64,000 bases of DNA, from assembly GCF_006345805.1 (NCBI RefSeq), contig NC_043006.1, forward strand, positions 93,372,001 to 93,436,000. The letters run 5' to 3'. The translations under genes and the position numbers were made by a program. The stretch is from Octopus sinensis. Taxonomy: Eukaryota. Below are positions 12,003 to 23,289 of this stretch, piece by piece (positions within the stretch are counted from its first letter, which is position 1; each line of letters starts with the position of its first letter). The notes below the pieces were generated by a model that saw nothing but the letters and a program-made list of their open reading frames with translations, was not told where the DNA came from and searched no databases.

Positions 12003-15000
12003 TCATAGGACTATGCTCAGGTGGCTTCGTCATTCATACGTGCCATTCTTGCTACATTCACCCATCTTTTTTTAAAACATTCGCTAGACAAAACTTGCCT
12101 CTCTACTCTCACTTTCCTTTTCAAGTGGTACTTGAAGAAGTTGATGAGAGATTGACCAGAGAGGAAAGTGTTTGTCTCCAATCCTTTCAGACGCGTCCAC
12201 CAGATACATTCTTTCGCCATAGCCACAAGGATGATGAAAATAGCTCTTCCTTCCCGTTTGAAGGAAGGAGGCGTGACAATATTGACGATAGACTCAGCTG
12301 ATAAACCGACTCGTCCCACACGTGACAGCAGTTGTTCGACATAACCCACAGGTCGGAAATTGTTGGACACTGAACGAGTGCGTGCAGAACGGTTTCGTCG
12401 CTCTGACCGCATCTCGGGCAGGTCGGCCCCGTGTTCTCGAGCCGTGTCTGTAGAGCTTATCCCGAACGGGTAGCGCTTCTCGGTAGCACTGCCAGGCCAG
12501 GGATCTCTGGAAGTTGTCCATGGGCCCTGGCCCGAAAGTCGTCCCGAACAGGCGGGTCAGGTACTCCTCGTCGACGTCCAGGTTCGCCCCGAGCTCGTCG
12601 TCGTACCTCCCTCCACTAAACCCCTATAGATGCTTTGGTGTGGTTTGAAGTCACTTAAGGTCGACCCAGGACGGCAGAGTTGCTTGAGAGCAACGCGACA
12701 CTCGCGGTGCCATTCGCCCTTCCTCGGCCTCTTTTTGATCCACACTGCAGTTCGGTCATGGAGACGAGCTGCGGGAAAGCGTGCCTCACAAACGGCGACC
12801 ACACCTGTTCACCGTCGTCTACATAGACCAGAGATGTCGCAGTCTCAGCGCGTGTCTGCGCATCATCACCACGGCATGCCCAGCCCTCCTTTTAACGGGT
12901 TTGACAGCAAATGGATCGCCTGACCATCGGGACGCATCCTTTCCACAAGAAGCGAAAGAGGATGCGTTGTAGTTTGGTGATGGTAGGGTCGGGACAAGGT
13001 ACGACGGTCAGGCGGTAGTAGATGACGGACGCGATGTACGTGTTCGCCACCTCCGCTCGACCTTTTAGGGACAGTTTCCTCTCGGCCATTGCCGGGCGAG
13101 AGTGACCACCCTACTCGTTATCGTTCCAGTTCTTCTCACTTGGAGGTCCGGACCGAACCAGACCCCGAGCAACTCAACCGGGCCGTCGGTCCAGCGTCCC
13201 ACGACGGAGGCGCTGGTGGACGGCATGGGCTTGCTTCTCCAGGTGCCTAGTCGCAAGCCCACTGACTTTTCCCGGTTGATTTTCGCTCCTGTCACCGCTT
13301 CGTAGTTTTTCAGTGTCTCGCCGCCGACCAGCTCGATGTGCTCGTGGCTAGACACTATGACGGTGACGTCGTCCGCGTATGCAGACACGCTCGTCCCGCA
13401 TCCCAATTCTCGCGGGATGCCCCTTAGAGTCGCCAGCTTCCGCAGTAGTGGCTCAAGAGTCAATACGTATAGAAGCGCAGAGAGGGGGCATCCCTGACGG
13501 ACCGAACGTGCAATGTCGAAAGGTCTCGATAGATGTCCATTTACGCGAATTACCGAACGGATGCCTCTGTACAAGGCAGCTATCCAGCCGCGGAAGACGG
13601 GACCGAAACCAGCCGCTCTCAGGACTGCCTCCAAGTATCGATGGTCTACCCTATCAAAGGCTTTCGATTGATCCAAGTTGATCAGGGCCCCACCCATGCC
13701 AGGTTCGTTAACTACTACCTGTCTATGATGTAGCGCATCAGATGGAGGTTGGTCATGGATGGTCCGGCCTGGCACGGCGCATGTTTGCGCCTTGTCGACC
13801 ATTTTCTCGATGACAAGCGCCAACCTCTTGGCTAGCACCTTGCCAAAATTTCAAGTCTGCATTAAGCAGAGTGATGGGCCTAAATTTCTATTACATTTCC
13901 TTGTTTAGATCTTTCTTCAGCAGTGTTACGGCCTGCTCTCGGCTCACAAAACCAGGAATGCTCCCGTTTTGCTGCCAGTGCAGTACACCGCCGCCAAGAG
14001 ATCTCCAAACAAGTCTGGCATACAATTGTAAAGCTCGTAGGGCAGACCATCCAAACCCGGTGATTTGTCCCTCGAGCATTCTGCCATCGCTTCCCGCACT
14101 TCCGCCGCCGTGATGGCACCTTCGCAGCACCCTGCCTTTCTTGTCGAGAGTCGTGGTAGGCTATGTAGGTAGGCACTGAAGTCCACCCTACGTTCTTGCC
14201 CTCCACTCGTTCCGAACAGTCGGGCAAAATGCTGCTGAAAGGCCTCACACATTTTACTTGGCTCGAGCAATTCGCGCCCCTGTTCATCTACCAGTGACCG
14301 AATGGTGGCTTTGTTGCCCTGTTGCGCCTCTGCCACCCGGGCCTCTCTCGCGGCTCCAACACCTTCGTTCCTTAGAGCACGCATCCTAGCTCTGACAGCA
14401 CATCCTTCGTGTTTGGCGTTGAAGTGTTGGTCGAGGGCCAACCTCGCCGCCAAAACGTCGGATGCGATGCCGCTTCTAATTGCCTCTTCTAGCTTCTTAA
14501 CTAGCTCACCCTCTACTCTATTTCTATCTATGGCTAGTGCTTTGCTGTACCTAATCGCTTCTGCTTTTACTGCTCTCTTGAGGGCAAACCACCATTTGTG
14601 TTGATGATGGCTCCCGTCAAAGCCCGCTTTACTAGTGTGCTAACCCGGTCTCTGAAAACTTGTCTCGATGGGAAAGACGCGTTTAGTTTCCAGTATCCGG
14701 GACCCTGCCTAAGTGTCTAGCGTACATGTCACAAGTTTGTGATCCGTGTAGCTGACTATGTGGAATTGTGGACATCCTATGCTATCTCTATCTACTGTCC
14801 TACACAGTATCCTATCTAGATACGATCTCGACGAGCCGATGCGGTTGCTCCATGTCCACGTTGGCGCATTCGGGTGGTCTAGTCGGAACCTGTCAGACAG
14901 TTGAAAGCGTCTGAGCAGGTCTCTGAGGCATTTGCATCCCCGTCTATTCCTATCTCTACCCACGTAGTCTACATGCGTGTCCAAGGTAGCATTCCAATCC

Positions 15001-15415
15001 CCCACTAAGAGTAAAGGACGAGACGTTCCAAGAAAACTTCTAGACGTTGAAAGAAATCCGCCCGACCTGTTAAGGGCGGTGCGTAAACTGATACGAGTCG
15101 AAAAGCGCACCCATTGCTGCCGTCGACATCCAGGACGACCAGTCTACCCTCCGGGTCTACGAATATTGTCCTTACATTGAGATCCAGACTCTTTGTAAAA
15201 GTACCGCGGTGCCACTACCGCCCATTCTCGGCAGACAGGGGGAAAAAAAATGTTGAACTGTCCGCCAAACATGGTCTTTAGGGCCCGCGGATTGTGGAGT
15301 CTGGTCTCGCTTATGGCTATGATTTCTAACTTATGTGACTTTATGTCATTTAAGAGGTACCCTTGTTCCAAGGGGACCCCAAGCCACGCGCATTTACACA
15401 ACCAATCTTGATCAT
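12003..15415 (-). CDS. ORF2: APE endonuclease + reverse transcriptase + C-terminal CCHC finger (frameshifted in this assembly)
   Basis: Motifs across frames: [84 protein letters not shown]. Confidence 0.9.
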
Positions 15416-15446
15416 AGTTCTAATGAATTAGAATACAGAGGGTTAC

Positions 15447-17445
15447 TTACTGCTCGAAAGTTTTTTGCTTTCTCCTCCGTTGGTTTTGTCCTCGAGAAGA
15501 TCCCAGTACAGTTTCTTTGTGAGATTTTTTGGCATTTACCAACCGCACTGGGGAAAATGCCTTTGAGTGTGTGGTGCAGACTTTTGGAGATGTGTAATAT
15601 TTTGATGTGGTCTGGTGGTGTTGTGTATGGGTGATTATTTGTTTTTATGTCATCTTCTGTTATGTTTGTTTTTGATTGGATGTATTCCATCAATTTGTGT
15701 TTTTGGTGTCTATGGCTGTGAGCATGTTTGCTGTATATGTTTTTTGTGGTGTTGGTGTGGCTGTTGTTTGTTTGCGTTGGGTTTTGAAATGTCTTCGGGA
15801 GATGTATTTCCCCCTGCTTTGTTCGTGTTTGCATTTGGTTTGGTTGTGTTTCTGCTCTTTATTTTCCTTCTTTTTGTAGCTATTTGCCATTCCTCACTGG
15901 TTTCGTCTTCCGACGAAATTTCTGAGGAATCAGAAGGGGGTAGGGGTATTTGTGGGCTTCTATGTATGTCTGTGTAAGTGGTTGTGTTGTTGTTTTCGTT
16001 TGTTGTTGGTTTTGAGTGTTTGTGTGTGTTGAGTGCGGTATAAGGGATGGGGGATCAGTTTGTGTGTGTTTTCTTTGTTTTTCTGTTCCTTTGGGTTTTG
16101 CTGTTGATGGTGGTGTTGGTATTTTTTTCAGGTGTCGAGTGGTTTTTGGTTGATGACGGATTAGCTTGGTGTGCTTCTCTTGTCGTCTTCTGTGTTGATG
16201 GTGGTTGGGTAGTAGAGCTTTTTTTCCGGAGTGCTTTGGTTGTGGTAGTGGTTGTTGTTGTTGCTCTTGGTGTGCAGTGGTTGGGCACGTCTTTTTCAAG
16301 TGTGTTTCGCTTCCACACAAATAGCAGCGTGGTCGCCTGCCCTCTACCACTATATAGAGTTTGTAGCCCTCCTGGCAGTTCTATAGCGGTGGGTATCTTC
16401 TCTCTTGCTGCTTCATCCAATTGAAGCAGGAATTCGATTGATTTGCCCAATAGTCTTTCTCTCCTAGAACCGCGATTACCAGGATGTTTGTCTCTGACAT
16501 TGTCTCTGACATTTCAAAGCAGATGGCAGAGACCAACCATTGTGTTTCGACATCAAATGGTATGTTTTTTATTTGGACTTTCGTGACCCTTTTGTTTAAA
16601 TAGACTGGTATCATTACCAAGTCGTCCGAATGCAGCTCCAATGTGGAAAACGTTTTGCTAAACTTTCGTTGAGGAAACGTACTTGGACTGTACCATTTGT
16701 TTCCCCAACTGATATATTCCTTGGAGTCCCATACAGGACGAAGGCATTTATCGATTTTTCCTGCGGTGCATTTTCTGTTCTTCTTGTTTTTTTTGTTTAT
16801 TACTTTATAATTATTGTTTTTTTTGGTGTGTTTTCCACGATGTGTTGTGGAATATGAAGGTGCAATTTGTCTCCTTCTTTGGAGAAGAGTGCCTTTGTGC
16901 GGTTTATCTCTTGTGTGGTGAATGTTACAATTGTTCTTTTTTTGTTTTGTTACGTCCGCAAAATTCGTTTTGAATTTGGCAGTAGAAGTGTTAATTGTGG
17001 CAGTGTTAATTGAAGTCATGGTAGTGGTGTTGGTGTTGGCGGTATTAGCAGCAGAAGGCTTGGATGTAGCATTTGACGTCGTAGTAGTGGTGTTGGTGTT
17101 TGGCGGTGTTGTCTTTGGTAGGCGGCTTGTGCCAATTTCGTTGTTGTTGTTGTTGGTGGTGATGGTGGTGGTGCGGCATTCATGTTTTCGTTTGTATTCA
17201 TTTTTGAAATCCCTTTCTCGTCCCTTTATCATCACAAGTGGTGTGGGGAGTGAGGGGAAATCTAAGTTAATGTCTTTGGTCGCGGCGATGGTGAATGCGA
17301 CGTTAGGTTTGTTGTTGTGTTGTTGGTGGGTGTGATGGTGGTGACAGCGGTGTTCACGCTGCGATGTTTAGCAGCTAGTGGTAGCAAGTGTTTTGCTACC
17401 GTTCTGCATGACTAGCGGGCTAGCCACGTGGTTTCTAGTTGCCAT
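15447..17445 (-). CDS. ORF1 (gag-like, one CCHC knuckle; T/N/Q-rich N-terminus), frameshifted
   Basis: ATG GCA ACT at 17445; knuckle CYLCGSETHLKKTC at 16285-16326; C-terminus WDLLEDKPTEEKAKTFEQ* read from the copy 7 homologue. Confidence 0.8.
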
Positions 17446-17663
17446 TTTCAAAATGAAAATGGCTAAAAACCCACGAAAGTTTGAAAGTTTTTTTTGTAAT
17501 TTCGCCCATACAGGGGCGGAATTCTACGTGAATAATTCTCAGGTTTTTAGTGAATGAACTTGCACAACGATTAAAACAAAATATTTGACAACAAGGAGTT
17601 TTAAACATGTAAAAGTGGCCAACTTACGTGGAGCCGATATGACTAGCGTCCGTCCATTGTGAG

Positions 17664-17684
17664 AGATAGATAGATAGATCTGAG

Positions 17685-17764
<80 letters not shown>

Positions 17765-17785
17765 TGATAGATAGATGGATAGATG

Positions 17786-17869
<84 letters not shown>
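17664..17869 (+). repeat. (GATA)n tract, 5' flank of copy 2
   Basis: Direct reading; no further element to its right. Confidence 0.95.
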
Positions 17870-18368
17870 TAAAAAGAAAGAATGAGAGAGGAAGTATTGA
17901 AAGAGAGTAAAAATGGAAGAATTGAAATTTTAGTATTACATTAATACTGTTGTTACGAACGAAGGTTCAGAATCCAATTCACACACGTTGAAAATCGGTA
18001 GCTCATATACATCCCAGAAGAGTAATGCGCAGAATATATGTACATGTAGACGTGGCTATGTGGTAAGAAGCTTCCTTCGCAACCGCACGGTTCCGGTTTC
18101 AATCATATGAGAGGGATAATTGATGTTAATCAAATTAATATCCAGCTTTTGACCCTCACTTTAAATTTAAATTTATATATACACACACGTGTATATATAT
18201 ATATATATATTTCTTTTGTTTATTTTCTCATAAAGCTCCCGTTATATATATATACTAAGCAATTAAGGGTTAGCAACGAATTGCCTCACCACACACCGAA
18301 TTTAGAAATAGCAGTCAAAGAGTTATCTATTCTTTCTACTTAATTATTTCACCCTATATTGTTACTGG

Positions 18369-18436
<68 letters not shown>

Positions 18437-18929
18437 AATATATATATAATATATGTATGGATGTATGGATGGATGGATGTACGTACGTACGTATGTATGA
18501 ATGAATGAATGTATGCATGCATGTATGTATGTATGTATATATATGTATGTAAGAAGAAAGTTAGCTTCAAGCAATCTGTAGTAAATATAAAACAAAAGAA
18601 CTTTCAGAAACAACAGAGTTTTATTGAGACGGAAGGTTGTGGATTTTTTCATATCGAAGAACGATAAGCTGAAAAATTTCTTTTGATATTCCACGATAGG
18701 TGAACAGGTTTGCTGGGTGTACGAATAAGAGTACAAGAGTTACGGAATTGAGAAGGTAGGATGCGGGGTACATGTTACACAGCGAGCGGGACCTCAGAAG
18801 TAGTTAAAATCCAGCTGGCTACACTTCAGACCAAGGATATCTCGATTATATTAAATGGTACATTGTTGCAACAAGGTGGATGTTGAGCATGAAACATTCA
18901 GTCAGAATGTGCGACATTCTCCCCAGCAC

Positions 18930-19120
18930 TGCTTGACAAATAGTGCTGATGTGTTTACGTCCCCGTAATATAGCGGTTCGGCGAAAGAGACTGATAGAAT
19001 AAGTGCTAGGCCTTAAAATAATTAGGTCCTGGAACCGATTAATTTGGCTAAAATTTCTTTAAGGTGGTGTCCCAGCATGACTGCAGTCTAATGAGGGAAA
19101 AAAACAAAAAGACTAAAGTA
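18930..19120 (+). mobile_element. SINE 3' half (second family)
   Basis: GCTTGACAA...GTGTTTACGTCCCCGTAATATAGCGGTTCGGC...CCAGCATGACTGCAGTCTAATG. Confidence 0.7.
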
Positions 19121-19185
19121 CACACACACACACACACACGCACACACACACACACACACACACATGAACACTCATGTATGTATGT

Positions 19186-20604
19186 CATTATTCAGTTTAT
19201 TTCAAGATTTCTTGCCAGTAAAGAAAAAAACGGTTTCTAACCTAGATCCCAGGTTCCTTCACTGGAATTTCAACATCAACAACAGGGTATTTTTGTTTGT
19301 ATGTTGGTATGTATATATGCATGTATGTATGTATGTATGTATGTATGTATGTATTCCCATGCGTAGAGTCACATATCTAGACATACCCATATATATTCAA
19401 ATGATAAACTTCTAGAAGTTTTTACAGATGTTTACAGTTCCAGTGATGGATTGGATCTGTAGTCTTCGAATTACCTTTCTCCTTTCTGATTTTGAGAAGC
19501 TTAATTTCTTAAGATTGGTATTTTGGTAGTGTGTTACATATCCCATGGCCCCAATAACTACAGATATAAACCTGAACTCGTAATCTGGAGAGAGTAACTA
19601 CAGGTTTCTCAATAGTTCGGCATAGTGTTCCCTTTTCCACCGATCTTCAGCTTTACGTTGACATCCGCTGGTCAGGTAATTTCCACAACTGTGCACAGTT
19701 TCCCTTCTCTATTCCAAATCATTATATCAGGTCTGTTGTGCTTACATTTTACTGAGGTATTCACTGGGACGTTCCACCAGTATTCCTTTTCTTGGCTTCT
19801 ACCATATTGTGGGGTTTTATTTCTTTGTCCTCGGGATTATCCTTACGACGGATTTCATTATAAGTGTCCTAGCTACAACGTCATGTCTCATCGGTAGATA
19901 ATACCGTGATGACATTTTCGGACAACTGCTCATGATGTGGGTGATATCTTCAGTGTGAACTCCACAAAGTCTGCATCGGTTGTCACATTTTACGGATTTT
20001 CCCGCATCTCTATCCCTTTTGTCCATAAGGTACTTGGTTGATATTTCCTGTTCCTGGATTGCAAGCGCATACCCTTCAAAGTGGGAGGTAGTAATCTGGC
20101 TATTGGTCCATGATAAGCTCCTTTGATGATCGATGTTACTATCATCACGGAGCTTTCTACTAGCGTATCCACGTATAGTCTTCTGCTCATATAGGCTCAT
20201 CCTTTCATCTGATGATATGTCGTAGCAGAGTCATGCGACTTCTTTGGGCATGTATTCTAGGTTGCTCGATGAACTACTTTCCTAATCTTATGATGTTATC
20301 AGCCTTATGTATGCAAACGTGGTAAAGGGATGCACTTCGAACATGGTTAAGAGATATTGCCGAAGGGATAAGATACGACATTCAAAGGTAAAGGCGGTCT
20401 ATGTCACTGTTTATGTGGAAATTAGGTGTGCTTGCAAGTATTTTTCCTGTTTTCACATCAATGGCCCGGATCTCATCAAGCGTCCAATCAAGCAACCCAA
20501 ATGTTGGTATAAGCACTCACTCTGCAAACTCACTGTGGGCCACTGTTATTGAATGTTGAGAGTTTTGAGGTCCAAATTTTCTTTATTCGGCTGTACTATT
20601 CTTT
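19186..20604 (-). mobile_element. 5'-truncated R4/Dong-like LINE with restriction-like endonuclease (degenerate)
   Basis: Thumb IKKIWTSKL...WTLDEIRAIDVKT...HINSDIDRLYL; CCHC CRLCGVHTEDITHIMSSC; RHD motif; RLE core WWNVPV...HNRPDIMIWN...VVEI; AATAAA at 19196-19201 then (CATA)n. Confidence 0.85.
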
Positions 20605-20724
20605 GTATGTATGTATGTAGTATGTATGTATGTATGTATGTATGTATGCATGCATGTATGCATGTATGTATGTATATATGTATGTATGTATGTAAGCATG
20701 TATGTATGTATGCATGTATGTATG

Positions 20725-20758
<34 letters not shown>

Positions 20759-20820
20759 TGTATGTATGTATGTACGCATGTATGTATGGATGGATGTATG
20801 TATGCATTTATGTATGTATA
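20604..20820 (+). repeat. (TATG)n tract
   Basis: Direct reading. Confidence 0.95.
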
Positions 20821-20983
20821 CCGGTACATACATGTGTACCTTTTTAATGTAGACAGTATTGTAATTTTCAGAAAGACCATGCGTATCCTTAAGCAAAACT
20901 CAGACCAACAAGAGACTGATTCACCTCGACCAAAATGAAATATTGTGTGTGTGTGTGTGTAAATGTGTTTGTCTGAACATGTA

Positions 20984-21021
<38 letters not shown>

Positions 21022-22503
21022 TGTCTCTGTGTGTATGTATGTGCGTGAATGAATGTATATACGATGTGAGGGAGAGGTAGAAAGAGAGTATTTATGTGTT
21101 TCAGCCGACTAAATCTATCCTCTTTCATGATTTATGACGTAACTTAAGGAGAACGTACTGAAGCATATTTTATGTCACCTTCCGGACGCAGATGTAGTTT
21201 CCAGTTGAAGATTCCTCAATTCCCCATCCAATAGCTTTGACCGCGACATCAATCTCACGACATCTAACTAAGTTCTCCCTAGATAACGGCGCTTAGAAAT
21301 GTTAAAAAATAATCAGAAAATTAAATGAAAATATAGATTATTGTGAAAATTCCCACCGTGGTTTTATGGCTTGTGCTAAGAAATATAATGAGAACAACAA
21401 TATTGACTATCTCACAATAATGATTTTACGAGAAGCGTTAATGAAATTAAAAACAGAAATGAAGAACTGAAAAAAATATAAATTTAGTTTAAATGAAATA
21501 TCTGATAAAATATATTGGAGAAGAGTAATTTTGATTAGTTTTGGATTTGATTATTTCGTGTCAGTAGGTGTGTATGTGGGTGTGTGTATATGTGTGTATG
21601 TGCGTCTGTGCGTGCGCCTGTGTGTGTATGTTTGTGAGTGTATGTGTATGTATATGCACTTAGCTGTTACATTACAGATACATTAGTTTATAAAATATTT
21701 TCTTATACATAATCTTCTTAAGATAACGATGTTGTTGTAGGTCTTATTCAAAGATTTCATAGCTCTTATATATTTTCCTTTCCGCCTCTCATTTTTTTTT
21801 CAATTTCAATTTCGCTTTCTCTTCACTCTAACCTCTCTCCTCCTCTCTCTCTCTCTCTACTCCCTCTTAAACCTTGTCTTCAAACACTGCAATGAAATAA
21901 AATTTCGATTTAGATTTTAAGGTGTATAACTCATAAAATAACCGTGTTTGCTTCATTATAATTCTAAAGTTTAATTTAAAACAAAAAAAAAGGCATCCAG
22001 CAGACATAACCCTCCTAAAAATTCCGAATGATTAAATGAGGAATGCGTGAAAATAACTTGTCTTTATACTATTGTTGTTATGATTTATATTCATTGAAGA
22101 CACAATTTTCCTGAATTAAGATGTTATTGCCCTTATTGAAGTTTCTTTTATTTTTCGCCACTTTACTTTTTCGGATGCTACTACTAATTTTTTTATATGT
22201 TAATTTTTACTTTATATTGCAAATACTTAAAGGTGAAGTCTTCGTTGTTATTGCTCATGTTATTTCTTCAACTAATTTATTGTCTCGGCTAAAAATCCCA
22301 TTATTATTGATTTCGAATTTTGGCAGAAGGCCAAAATTTTCGGGGATAGGGATATGTCGATTACGTCGATCCCGAAAGGATGAAAGGAGAGGCTGACCCC
22401 AGCCCGATTTGAAATCTCAACGTAAAAACTGACTAAATGCCGCAAAGCCTTTTGTCTGCCGTGAGGTAACTATTCTGCCATCACGCCGTCCTAAAGTTCC
22501 GGT

Positions 22504-23132
22504 AATATTTCTGCAATTCCAAGGCGGTGAGCTGGCAGGAACGTTAACACGCCGTGCGAAATGCTTTGCGATATTTCGTCTGTCGTGACGTTCTGAGTTC
22601 AAATTCCGCCGAGGTCGACTTTGCCTTTCATCGTTTTGGGGTCGATAAATTAAGTACCAGTTACGCACTGAGGTCGATGTAATCGACTTCATCCGTTTGT
22701 CTGTCCTTGTTTGTCCCTTCTATGTTTAGCCCCTTGTGGGTAGTAAAGAAATAGGTATCTCGTCTGTTTTTATGTTCTGAGTTCAAATACCACCCAGGTC
22801 GACTTTGCCTTTCATCCTTTGGGGTTCAATTAAATAAGTACCAGTTACGCACTGGGGTCGATATAATCGGCTTAATCCGTTTGTCTGTCCTTGTTTGTCC
22901 TCTCTGTGTTTAGCCCCTTGTGGGTAGTAAAGAAATAGGTATTTCGTCTGCCGTTACGTTCTGAGTTCAAATTCCGCCTAGGTCGACTTTGCCTTTCGTC
23001 CTTTCGGAGGAGATAAATTAATATCAGTCAAATACTGGGATCGATCTGATCGACTGGCCCCCTCTCCCCAAAAACACTTCGTGCCTTGTGCCTAGACTAC
23101 AAAAGAATATTTCTGCAATTTCGAGGCGGCGA
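22504..23132 (+). mobile_element. Tandem SINE array bounded by ~27-bp direct repeats
   Basis: Units end TAAAGAAATA at 22753 and 22937, each followed by GGTATYTCGTC; 22504-22530 and 23106-23132 match at 24/27. Confidence 0.85.
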
Positions 23133-23289
23133 ATGAATGTCGGACGGTGGTAGATGACCAACAATGACACAAAGACACAAAGATGTGTGTGTGTGTGACT
23201 TAGATAACTTAGGCAACTTAGATTGGTTTCGGCCATTATCAGCCCAGTCCATGACTAACTCAATAACACCACCTGGAAAAGTTTTTTAG

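Larger units (their letters stand above)
11607..17655 (-). mobile_element. Tx1-like LINE copy 2 (subfamily A), full length ~6.05 kb
   Basis: 5'UTR + ORF1 + ORF2 + 3'UTR. The 5' end GGACGGACGCTAGTC is shared with copy 4. GATA tracts on both sides. Confidence 0.95.

Noticed and set aside
13379-14604. Recurrent plus-strand ORFs (MQTRSSRIP..., MVALLPCCAS...) in every LINE copy
   Set aside because: Antisense shadows of ORF2; recurrence just reflects copy identity.
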